Source: Clostridia bacterium (GTDB lineage Bacteria; Bacillota; Clostridia; Oscillospirales; CAG-272). Taken from it: 64,000 bases of DNA. The stretch lies in assembly GCA_017451485.1 (NCBI GenBank), contig JAFTOG010000023.1:55313-119312 (forward strand). Reading direction: 5' to 3'. The translations under genes were made by a program, and so were the position numbers. This document shows, piece by piece, positions 53,206 to 61,453 of this stretch (within the stretch, counting starts at the first letter, position 1; the number at the start of each line of letters is the position of its first letter). The notes under the pieces are model-generated. The model saw only the letters and a program-made list of their open reading frames with translations. It was not told the origin of the DNA and did not search any database.

Positions 53206-53235
53206 AAAACGGCAGATAGTACTGCCGTTTTATCC
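53206..53235 (+). terminator. Rho-independent terminator after the aminotransferase gene
   Basis: Stem aaaacggcag (53206-53215) / ctgccgtttt (53222-53231). Confidence 0.75.
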
Positions 53236-53322
53236 GTTTATACTCTTAAATCGACCGATAATACAAAAAATCTTGAATTATACTTTAATCGGTGTAAAAT
53301 TAAGAAAAAGGGAGGATAAAGA

Positions 53323-54237
53323 ATGAGAAATATAATAGAAATAAATCACCTTTCGAAAAACTATGGAGATGTTAAAGCAGTACAGGATCTAAGCTTCCGT
53401 GTCAAGGAGGGAGAGCTGTTTGCTTTTCTTGGCGTTAACGGAGCAGGAAAATCCACAACTATTAATATTATGTGTGCACAGCTTACAAAAGACAGTGGAA
53501 AAATTATAATTGACGGTCAGGATCTCGATAAAGATACTGATGGAATAAAAAGAGAGCTTGGAGTTGTTTTTCAAAATTCTGTGCTTGACAGTGCATTAAG
53601 TGTTTATGATAATTTACAAAGCAGAGCATCCCTTTACGGTATTGTGGGAGAGGATTTTAAAAAAAGGATAAAGGAGCTTTCTGACCTTTTGGAATTTGAG
53701 GATCTGTATAAAAGACCTGTAGGTAAGCTTTCAGGAGGACAGAGAAGAAGAATAGATATTGCAAGGGCGTTATTGCATAAGCCGAAAATACTTATTCTTG
53801 ATGAACCCACAACTGGACTTGACCCACAGACGAGAAAAACCCTTTGGGATGTAATATCACAGCTTCGTAAAAATGAAAATATGACAGTATTTCTTACCAC
53901 TCATTATATGGAGGAGGCAGCAGAAGCCGATTTTGTGGTAATTATTGATAGTGGTAAAATCTCCGCCGAGGGTACACCTTTGGAGCTTAAAAATACATAC
54001 ACTGGAGACTTTATAACTATATATGGGATAGATGAAGCATCTGTTAAGTCCTTTGGCTATGAATATGAGAAAATCCGTGATGCATACAGAGTAGCAGTTC
54101 CCGACACAAGGACAGCAACAGAGCTTATAGTAAAGCGTCCTGATTTATTTGTGGATTTTGAAATAACTAAAGGAAAGATGGATGATGTATTCCTTGCTGT
54201 AACAGGAAAGAAGCTGACGGGAGGAGAAAATAAATGA
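53323..54237 (+). CDS. ABC transporter ATP-binding protein (ABC-2 / DrrA-like)
   Basis: GVNGAGKST, LSGGQRRRIDIARAL, ILILDEPTTGLD, LTTHYMEE. Confidence 0.9.
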   Translation: MRNIIEINHLSKNYGDVKAVQDLSFRVKEGELFAFLGVNGAGKSTTINIMCAQLTKDSGKIIIDGQDLDKDTDGIKRELGVVFQNSVLDSALSVYDNLQSRASLYGIVGEDFKKRIKELSDLLEFEDLYKRPVGKLSGGQRRRIDIARALLHKPKILILDEPTTGLDPQTRKTLWDVISQLRKNENMTVFLTTHYMEEAAEADFVVIIDSGKISAEGTPLELKNTYTGDFITIYGIDEASVKSFGYEYEKIRDAYRVAVPDTRTATELIVKRPDLFVDFEITKGKMDDVFLAVTGKKLTGGENK

Positions 54238-55130
54238 AGGTTACATTAACACTTATAAAGAGAAATATCAAGCTTTTCTTTAAGGACAAGGGAATGTTCT
54301 TTACAGCCCTTGTTACTCCTGCCATATTGCTTGTGCTTTATGCTACATTTTTAAGTAATGTGTACAGAGACAGCTTTGTTATGAACTTTCCACAGGGTGT
54401 TTCAATACCTGAGGATATAATTGACGGTCTTGTTGGAGGTCAGCTTATTTCATCTCTTCTTGCCGTGTCGTGCATTACTGTTGCTTTTTGCTCCAATTTC
54501 TTAATGGTGCAGGATAGAGCAAACGGTACAATAAAGGACCTTCGTATTTCTCCGGTAAGCTCTTATGTGCTTTCTTTAAGCTACTATATTGCTACATTGG
54601 TATCCACTTTGCTTATATGCTTAACTGCTACAGCAATTTGTCTTGGATATGTTGCAATTATAGGTTGGTATATGTCCGTTGCAGATGTATTCCTTTTACT
54701 GCTGGATGTTATTGTGCTTGTATTCTTCGGTACAGCATTATCTTCTTTTATTAATTTCTTTTTATCTACACAGGGACAAATATCCGCAGTTGGTACAATT
54801 ATAAGTGCAGGTTACGGATTTATTTGTGGAGCTTATATGCCTATATCCTCATTTGGTGATGGACTTAAAAATGTAATATCCTTCCTACCCGGGACTTACG
54901 GTACATCCCTGTTCCGTAACCACGCAATGGGAGGAGCTCTTGAAGAATTGAGGGAAACAGGTATACCGGATACTGTAGTTGAAGGGTTAAGAGATGCGGT
55001 GGATTGTAATATTTACTTTTTTGACACTAAGGTAGAGCCATATGTGATGTATCTAATTCTCATTTCCTCCATAGCTTTACTTGTTGGTGGATATATTCTT
55101 CTTAACATCTTCAGAAAGAAGAACAAATAA
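54234..55130 (+). CDS. ABC-2 type transporter permease
   Basis: 298 aa with six hydrophobic helices. It overlaps the ATPase gene by 4 nt (ATGA). Confidence 0.8.
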   Translation: MKVTLTLIKRNIKLFFKDKGMFFTALVTPAILLVLYATFLSNVYRDSFVMNFPQGVSIPEDIIDGLVGGQLISSLLAVSCITVAFCSNFLMVQDRANGTIKDLRISPVSSYVLSLSYYIATLVSTLLICLTATAICLGYVAIIGWYMSVADVFLLLLDVIVLVFFGTALSSFINFFLSTQGQISAVGTIISAGYGFICGAYMPISSFGDGLKNVISFLPGTYGTSLFRNHAMGGALEELRETGIPDTVVEGLRDAVDCNIYFFDTKVEPYVMYLILISSIALLVGGYILLNIFRKKNK

Positions 55131-55132
55131 AC

Positions 55133-55161
55133 AAAAGGAGCAGAGAAATCTGCTCCTTTTT
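55133..55161. terminator. Bidirectional terminator between the ABC-2 permease and sigF
   Basis: Stem aaaaggagcag (55133-55143) / ctgctcctttt (55150-55160). Confidence 0.85.
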
Positions 55162-55879
55162 ACGATAGCTCTCTTCGTAGAGCTTCAAATATTTTCTTTT
55201 CTTCACGGGATATTTTAACTTGGGTTAAGCCTAAAGCAATTGCTGTTTTTTGCTGTGAGTATTCCTTAAGGTAGCGTAAAACAACTATTTTACGCCAAAG
55301 AGGTGGTAGAGCAGAGATAGCCTGCGAGAGGGCAATATGCTCCATTCTTATATCTATTTCGCTTTTTTCCTCGCTTAAGACATTTTCAAGGGTATAATTT
55401 TCATCATCACCACTTATAGATGCAGAAAGAGAGCTTACCGGAGATGAAGCATCTATGGCTACGGCTGCCTCCTCTGTGGTAAGATTACATCTTTTTGCAA
55501 GCTCGTCTATTTTCGGCTCACAGCCGAACTCTGCCACGTATTTTTCTCTTTCCCTCATTAAGAGGGCCCCCTGTTGTTTGTATATTCTGCTTACCTTAAT
55601 AAGTCCGTCGTCACGGATAAAGCGTCGTATCTCACCAATTATAAGAGGGACTGCATAGGTAGAGAATACGGTACCCTTTTCAAGGTCAAAGCTTTTTATC
55701 GCCTTGAACATTCCTATAGATCCGATTTGTACAAGGTCATCATATTCTACACCTCTGTCACGAAACCGTAATGCAATGGAACGGACAAGTCCAAGATTTT
55801 TTTCCATTAGCTCAGAAACAGCAGAATCATCACCTGAAACAGCTCTTTGCAGTAATTCTTGATTAGTATTGAAATCCAT
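55160..55879 (-). CDS. sigF: Sporulation sigma factor SigF
   Basis: DDLVQIGSIGMFKAIKSFD and FSTYAVPLIIGEIRRFIRDDG. It is the third gene of a spoIIAA-spoIIAB-sigF operon. Confidence 0.9.
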   Translation of the reverse strand: MDFNTNQELLQRAVSGDDSAVSELMEKNLGLVRSIALRFRDRGVEYDDLVQIGSIGMFKAIKSFDLEKGTVFSTYAVPLIIGEIRRFIRDDGLIKVSRIYKQQGALLMREREKYVAEFGCEPKIDELAKRCNLTTEEAAVAIDASSPVSSLSASISGDDENYTLENVLSEEKSEIDIRMEHIALSQAISALPPLWRKIVVLRYLKEYSQQKTAIALGLTQVKISREEKKIFEALRRELS

Positions 55880-55880
55880 T

Positions 55881-56309
55881 TTATTTTAGATGCTTGGTCA
55901 TGAGGATGCGTACACCTTCGTTAAGCTTTGAACGAACATCAAGCTTATCCATAAAGGTTTGCATAACTGCAAAGCCCATACCACTTCTTTCACCTGATGT
56001 ATCTGTAGTAAAAAGGGGAGTCATAGCCTCTTTAACATTTTCTATACCACATCCCTTGTCCCGTATCTCAATAATCACCGTCCTGTCACCGTAATATTTG
56101 ACTCCTATGTAAACAGTACCGCTTTTGTACTTATAACCATGTACAATAGCGTTGGTAACAGCCTCCGAAACGGCACATTTTATATCTGCAAGCTCCTCTA
56201 AGGTTGGATTTAACTGAGCAACAAAGGAAGCCACAGCTTGTCTTGCCATACTTTCGTTTATTGACAGTGAAGGTAAGTATAGCTTCATATTATTATCACA
56301 GCATTTCAT
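55881..56309 (-). CDS. spoIIAB: Anti-sigma F factor (serine kinase) SpoIIAB
   Basis: NESMARQAVASFVAQLNPTLEELADIKCAVSEAVTNAIVHGY parallels B. subtilis SpoIIAB. AAAGGAGA lies 8 nt upstream of the ATG at 56309. Confidence 0.9.
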   Translation of the reverse strand: MKCCDNNMKLYLPSLSINESMARQAVASFVAQLNPTLEELADIKCAVSEAVTNAIVHGYKYKSGTVYIGVKYYGDRTVIIEIRDKGCGIENVKEAMTPLFTTDTSGERSGMGFAVMQTFMDKLDVRSKLNEGVRILMTKHLK

Positions 56310-56646
56310 CGTAGTCGTCTCCTTTGATTTCTATAATTCTTTCAATACCTGCCATTTCAAGTATTCTTTTAATTCTCCGTGTCGGCTTATGTATTATCAG
56401 CTTAGCTCCTATGTCAAGTGCTTTTGTGTATCTGCCGAGAACAAGTCCAAGACCGGAGGAATCCATAAAATCCACATTGCTTAAATCAAGAATAACAAAT
56501 CGGGGTTTATTTAATAAAATAGCCTCATCTATTTTTTCTCTGACGCTTTTGGCTGTGTGGTGGTCTATATCTCCACGCATTTTTACATTAAGTGTATAGT
56601 TTGTAAGTTTTATTTCCGTTAATCGTTCCAATAACAAAGCATTCAC
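56296..56646 (-). CDS. spoIIAA: Anti-sigma F factor antagonist SpoIIAA (STAS domain)
   Basis: GDIDHHTA and the phospho-serine context FMDSSGLGLVLGR. The start codon is uncertain: GTG 56646 has very short SD spacing, and a downstream TTG is possible. Confidence 0.85.
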   Translation of the reverse strand: MNALLLERLTEIKLTNYTLNVKMRGDIDHHTAKSVREKIDEAILLNKPRFVILDLSNVDFMDSSGLGLVLGRYTKALDIGAKLIIHKPTRRIKRILEMAGIERIIEIKGDDYDEML

Positions 56647-56740
56647 CGTCCTTTTAATAGATTCTAATATTTACTGAGCAAAAAAACAGTCGAAATATCT
56701 CACTGAAAATTGTTTTTCCATTGACTTTTTTTGATAAATA

Positions 56741-56769
56741 TTGACATAACCGAAAAGGTAAGATATAAT
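56741..56769 (+). promoter_or_regulatory. Perfect-consensus sigma-A promoter for the metallophosphoesterase-GH20 operon
   Basis: TTGACA (56741-56746), a 17-nt spacer, TATAAT (56764-56769). Confidence 0.8.
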
Positions 56770-56802
56770 ATATGTAACTATATTGTCAAAGGGGTATATA
56801 TT

Positions 56803-57651
56803 ATGAATGAGCTTATACAATTAAGCAAAACCGTAATAGACATAGGGTTTAAAAAGGAATATAAATTTTTTCAAATAAGTGATGCTCATATGGCTTGTAT
56901 AGACGAGAACAGCTCTGAGGCTGATTTGAATGAGTATAGGCGTTCTCACGAGCAATGGGATGATCTGAAGATACATTATGCAGAGAGATTTGGTGAGTAT
57001 TACGATGACAGATATCAAGTAGAGCCGTATGTACTTTTTGAGGCTCTTACAAAGCATGCTCTTGAATTTGGTGCAGATGCCCTTATTCTTTCCGGTGACA
57101 TAATGGACCGTGTAAGCGAGAGTAACATCAGATACTTAAAAAGGTTTAAGGAGAATTATCCAATCCCTGTTATTTATTGCCCGGGTAATCATGCAAGAAC
57201 TGACGAATTTGGCGTTCATCGTAAAATGTATGAACGCTTTGAAGGACTTATTGACAATCCTGCCTTTAATGTTTTTGACTATGATGAGTTTGAAATAGTT
57301 GCGGTTGATAACGGAACAAAGGAAATTACAAGAGAACAGCTCGACTTGATGCAGGCAGAAATTGATAAAAATAAAAAGATACTTTTGCTTATCCATGCAC
57401 CGCTTAAGCTTGGTGAATTTGGAGAAGAGGTTGCCAAAAATGTTAATCACTATTTTGTAATGGGCTCTCAGTATGATTCCGATGAGGCAAGGGAGTTTGT
57501 AGAGCTTATCAGAGCTAATGACACACATTTTATAGGAGTTCTTGCAGGTCACATTCACGCATCAGTTGAGTACAATATAACAGATAATCTTAAACAATAT
57601 ACAACCTCCAGTGCACTTATTGGCTATGGTAGGGAAATTACAATTAAGTGA
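56803..57651 (+). CDS. Calcineurin-like metallophosphoesterase
   Basis: Motifs in order: ISDAHM, LSGDIMDR, CPGNHA, LIHAP, LAGHIHAS. AAAGGGG RBS before the ATG at 56803. Confidence 0.75.
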   Translation: MNELIQLSKTVIDIGFKKEYKFFQISDAHMACIDENSSEADLNEYRRSHEQWDDLKIHYAERFGEYYDDRYQVEPYVLFEALTKHALEFGADALILSGDIMDRVSESNIRYLKRFKENYPIPVIYCPGNHARTDEFGVHRKMYERFEGLIDNPAFNVFDYDEFEIVAVDNGTKEITREQLDLMQAEIDKNKKILLLIHAPLKLGEFGEEVAKNVNHYFVMGSQYDSDEAREFVELIRANDTHFIGVLAGHIHASVEYNITDNLKQYTTSSALIGYGREITIK

Positions 57652-57659
57652 GGTAAATT

Positions 57660-59372
57660 ATGTACATAGTTCCACAAGTTAAAAGCCTTACTCCCTGTGA
57701 AAAATTTATTATAGAGGGCTGTAATTTTATATTTCCGGAAAATATAGATAAGAGAGTTGTAAATCTCTCTAAAAAGGTTCCTTTTGGTAATACATCAGTA
57801 ATTGTAACTGTTGCAGATGAAGGAAGCGATGCATATACTCTTAAGCTTTCACAAGAAAAAATAGAGTTAGTAGCAAAATCTCAGGCCGGAGCATTTTACG
57901 GTATACAAACTATAAGACAGATTATTAAAAACGGACACTGCGATGCCAGTGAGATAGATGACTCTCCTGATTTTAAGAACAGAGGTATTTATTTTGATAT
58001 TACAAGAGGAAGAATACCGACTATTGAAACACTCAAGGAGCTTGTTGATAATATTGCTTATGCAAAGGCAAATATGCTTCAACTTTATGTAGAGCATGTT
58101 TTTGAATTTAAGGAGTATGACGGTATATACCAGAGGACAGGCTATATAACAGCGGACGAAATCAAGGAGCTAGACAGATACTGTCACGAGAATTTTATAG
58201 ATTTTGTTCCCTCGTTGTCGTGCTTTGGTCATCTTTATGAGCTTCTTTCGAGTGATAAATATAAGCATCTTTGCGAGCTTCCTGATTATGAGCCTAAATC
58301 TCATTACTGGAACGAAAGAATGCCCCACCATACTATTAATCCTTCTGATCCTGAAAGTATAGAAATTATAAAGAGCCTTATTGACCAGTATGCACCTCTT
58401 TTCACAAGTAGATATTTTAATATATGCTGTGATGAAACCTTTGATCTTGGCAGAGGCAGAAATGCAGGTAAGGATAAGGCAAGGCTTTATGTGGATTTTG
58501 TTAAAAAGATAATTGCTCATGTTAAAACTCACGGCAAGACTGCTATGATGTGGGGCGATATTATAGATCAGCATTCTGATCTTATAGGTGAGATTGACGA
58601 TGATACAGTATTTCTCAACTGGAATTACAGTGCCGAGCCTTATACAAGAATGATTTATAACTGTGCCGATAAAGGGAAGATACAGTATGTATGCCCGGGC
58701 ATTACAAACTGGTGCAGTCTTATAGAGTTTACACATATCTCAATACCGAATATTACAAAGATGGCAAAGTGTGGGTTTGAGTGCGGAGCAGAGGGAATAC
58801 TTACAACCTGTTGGGGTGACCACGGTCATTTATCTCCCTATTATGCATGTTTACATGGCCTTATATTTGGTGCTGAAAAGGGCTGGAACGTAAATTCAGA
58901 TAACGATGATTTTGGTGCTAAGCTTGACCTTCATTATTTTGGATATAAGGGTGCAACTGAGCTTTTTAGAAAAATAGCAGAGTCTCACATTGACAGATAC
59001 TGGTACCATTTACTTGCTCATCATTGTGCTGATGTCTTCAAAGAAACAACCATGAATACCAGATTTAATCCATCTCCTGATGAGCTTTCTGAACGCTTTA
59101 ATCTTTGCGAATCTACGATTCCTCTTCTTATGGCTACAAGGTGGGAAAATGAAAAAGCAAGAAAGGCTCTTCTTTGCGTGGCTAACGGAGTTGAAATTAT
59201 GTTAGCTATGATGATGTCATATGTAAGTGGTGAAAAATTTGGCATTAATATGGAAGATGTCGAAATATGGCTCAAGGAATTCAAGGAAGAGTATCTGAGT
59301 GAGAGTAAAATGGGAGAGCTTGTTGAAACTATTCGTGTATTTTATGCTATAGCAAAGAAATTTCTTGCTTAA
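57660..59372 (+). CDS. Glycoside hydrolase family 20-like (beta-N-acetylhexosaminidase-like), cytoplasmic
   Basis: DSPDFKNRGIYFDITRGRIP starts the TIM barrel. The catalytic D-E pair context is NICCDETFDLG. No signal peptide. Confidence 0.7.
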   Translation: MYIVPQVKSLTPCEKFIIEGCNFIFPENIDKRVVNLSKKVPFGNTSVIVTVADEGSDAYTLKLSQEKIELVAKSQAGAFYGIQTIRQIIKNGHCDASEIDDSPDFKNRGIYFDITRGRIPTIETLKELVDNIAYAKANMLQLYVEHVFEFKEYDGIYQRTGYITADEIKELDRYCHENFIDFVPSLSCFGHLYELLSSDKYKHLCELPDYEPKSHYWNERMPHHTINPSDPESIEIIKSLIDQYAPLFTSRYFNICCDETFDLGRGRNAGKDKARLYVDFVKKIIAHVKTHGKTAMMWGDIIDQHSDLIGEIDDDTVFLNWNYSAEPYTRMIYNCADKGKIQYVCPGITNWCSLIEFTHISIPNITKMAKCGFECGAEGILTTCWGDHGHLSPYYACLHGLIFGAEKGWNVNSDNDDFGAKLDLHYFGYKGATELFRKIAESHIDRYWYHLLAHHCADVFKETTMNTRFNPSPDELSERFNLCESTIPLLMATRWENEKARKALLCVANGVEIMLAMMMSYVSGEKFGINMEDVEIWLKEFKEEYLSESKMGELVETIRVFYAIAKKFLA

Positions 59373-59381
59373 GGAGATATT

Positions 59382-59888
59382 ATGACAGAGGCTATAAAAC
59401 AATTTTTTCTGGAAACAGTTGGTAAAGAGATGTGTGTATTCTTTTGCTCTATGATACCTATTATAGAGCTAAGAGGTGCAATACCAATGGGTGCAGCTTT
59501 CAATGCTACTATAGGAGGTATGCCATTTTGGCTTACTTACATTTTAAGTGTTGTGGGAAATATACTACCTGTTCCTTTTATATTGCTTTTTATTAAAAAA
59601 GTGATTAGATGGATGTCTGTGTCCAGAGTAAAAATTTTTAACAAGGTAGCAAATTTTCTTCTCAATAAGGTAGAAAAGAAGAGAGATAAAATAGAGAAGT
59701 ATTCCTTTTGGGGAGTGTGCCTTTTTGTAGCTATTCCTTTACCTGCAACAGGTGCGTGGACAGGTTCACTTGTAGCCGCTATGATAGATATGAAATTTTG
59801 GAAAGCATTACTTTCATGCCTTATTGGGGTTATGATAGCCGGAGTTATTATGACTATCATATCGTATGGAGTTGCGGCAATATTCTAA
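59382..59888 (+). CDS. Small multidrug export-like membrane protein (COG2426 family)
   Basis: 168 aa with four TM helices and IELRGAIPMG near the N-terminus. Confidence 0.65.
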   Translation: MTEAIKQFFLETVGKEMCVFFCSMIPIIELRGAIPMGAAFNATIGGMPFWLTYILSVVGNILPVPFILLFIKKVIRWMSVSRVKIFNKVANFLLNKVEKKRDKIEKYSFWGVCLFVAIPLPATGAWTGSLVAAMIDMKFWKALLSCLIGVMIAGVIMTIISYGVAAIF

Positions 59889-59915
59889 AAAATACATTTT
59901 TTTTTGAAAAAACTA

Positions 59916-59944
59916 TTGCAATATTAAAAACAGTATGTTATACT
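59916..59944 (+). promoter_or_regulatory. Sigma-A promoter (extended -10) for the SAM riboswitch and metK
   Basis: TTGCAA (59916-59921), a 17-nt spacer, then TGtTATACT (TATACT 59939-59944). Confidence 0.75.
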
Positions 59945-59966
59945 GTGTCCGTTAAAAAAATTCAGA

Positions 59967-60049
59967 CTTATCAAGAGTAGTGGAGGGACAGGCCCTGTGA
60001 TACTACGGCAACCTATCGGTATGACAAGGTGCCAATTCCGTGAGATGAG
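59967..60049 (+). promoter_or_regulatory. SAM-I riboswitch (S-box) aptamer
   Basis: CTTATCAAGAGtagtGGAGGGAcaGGCCCtgtGAtactaCGGCAACC...AAGGTGCCAATTCC...GATGAG. P1 is CTTATC/GATGAG. The conserved S-box cores are present. Confidence 0.9.
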
Positions 60050-60061
60050 GTTTAGTTATTC

Positions 60062-60091
60062 AGCCCACGGGATGCCGTGGGCTTTCCTTTT
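60062..60091 (+). terminator. S-box expression-platform terminator
   Basis: Stem agcccacgg (60062-60070) / ccgtgggct (60075-60083), followed by ttcctttt. Confidence 0.85.
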
Positions 60092-60111
60092 CACTAAAGA
60101 AGGAGGATACT

Positions 60112-61281
60112 ATGAGAATGCTTTTTACATCAGAATCAGTAACTGAGGGACATCCCGATAAAATTTGCGACCAGATTTCCGATGCGATTTTGGACGCTAT
60201 ACTCGAAAAGGATCCATTTTCAAGAGTAGCCTGTGAGACATTCTGTACAACCGGTATGGTGATGGTAATGGGTGAAATTACAACAAATGCATCATTTGAT
60301 GTTCAGTCTATTGTTAGAAACACAGTTAGAAATATTGGCTATGACAGAGCAAAATACGGCTTTGATGCTGATACATGTGCTGTACTTAGCTCCATCCACG
60401 AGCAGAGTGCTGATATTGCCCTCGGTGTTGACAAAAGTGCAGAGGCAAAAAGTGGAGAAGAGGACGGTAACGGTGCAGGTGACCAGGGACTTATGTTCGG
60501 TTATGCTTGTAATGAAACAAAGGAGCTCATGCCTCTTCCTATTTCCTTGGCTCACAAGCTTGCTAAGCGTCTTACATCAGTAAGAAAGGACGGTCTTATG
60601 GCTTATCTCCGTCCTGACGGAAAAACACAGGTAACTGTAGAATATATAGACGGAGTTCCCACAAGAATAGAGGCAATTGTAGTTTCATCTCAGCACAGCC
60701 CAGATGTTACACTTGAAAATATCCGTAAGGATGTTATCAATAATGTTATTTTGCCTATAATCCCTGCTGAAATGATAGATGATAAAACCAAGATATATGT
60801 TAATCCCACAGGCAGATTTGTAATTGGTGGACCTAACGGTGACACCGGTCTTACAGGTAGAAAGATTATAGTTGATACATACGGTGGATACTCCCGTCAC
60901 GGTGGAGGAGCATTTTCAGGTAAAGACCCGACTAAGGTGGACAGGAGTGCTTCATATGCTGCTAGATATGTAGCTAAGAACATCGTTGCATCAGGTGTTG
61001 CTGATAAATGCGAGGTACAGATTGCTTACGCTATCGGTGTAGCTAAGCCTGTTTCCGTAATGGTTGATACCTTTGGTACAGCTAAGGTAGACGAGGGTAA
61101 GATTGCAGAATTTGTTGAGAATAATATAGATCTTCGTCCTACTGCGATTATAGAAAAATTCGGCTTGAGAAGACCTATCTACCGTCAGCTTGCTGCCTAC
61201 GGCCATGTTGGAAGAGAAGATCTTGACATTCCTTGGGAAAAAACAGATCTTGCTGATAAAATCAAGGCTGAGCTTCTTTGA
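60112..61281 (+). CDS. metK: S-adenosylmethionine synthetase MetK
   Basis: [58 protein letters not shown]. Confidence 0.95.
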   Translation: MRMLFTSESVTEGHPDKICDQISDAILDAILEKDPFSRVACETFCTTGMVMVMGEITTNASFDVQSIVRNTVRNIGYDRAKYGFDADTCAVLSSIHEQSADIALGVDKSAEAKSGEEDGNGAGDQGLMFGYACNETKELMPLPISLAHKLAKRLTSVRKDGLMAYLRPDGKTQVTVEYIDGVPTRIEAIVVSSQHSPDVTLENIRKDVINNVILPIIPAEMIDDKTKIYVNPTGRFVIGGPNGDTGLTGRKIIVDTYGGYSRHGGGAFSGKDPTKVDRSASYAARYVAKNIVASGVADKCEVQIAYAIGVAKPVSVMVDTFGTAKVDEGKIAEFVENNIDLRPTAIIEKFGLRRPIYRQLAAYGHVGREDLDIPWEKTDLADKIKAELL

Positions 61282-61334
61282 TTATAACAAAGGCTATTTT
61301 ATCAATAAATATAGTGTAATATACAAAATAAAAA

Positions 61335-61366
61335 ACGGGAGTAGATTTTTCTGCTCCCGTCTTTCT
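61335..61366 (+). terminator. Rho-independent terminator after metK
   Basis: Stem acgggagtag (61335-61344) / ctgctcccgt (61351-61360) with one G-T pair, followed by ctttct. Confidence 0.7.
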
Positions 61367-61396
61367 ATTATAGCTAATCTATTTTATAAATATTGC

Positions 61397-61425
61397 TTGA
61401 TTTAACCATATAAATATGATAAAAT
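61397..61425 (+). promoter_or_regulatory. Sigma-A promoter (extended -10) for recD2-comFC
   Basis: TTGATT (61397-61402), a 17-nt spacer, then TGaTAAAAT (TAAAAT 61420-61425). Confidence 0.7.
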
Positions 61426-61453
61426 ATTTAAGGAATAGAAAGGAGGGGATACT

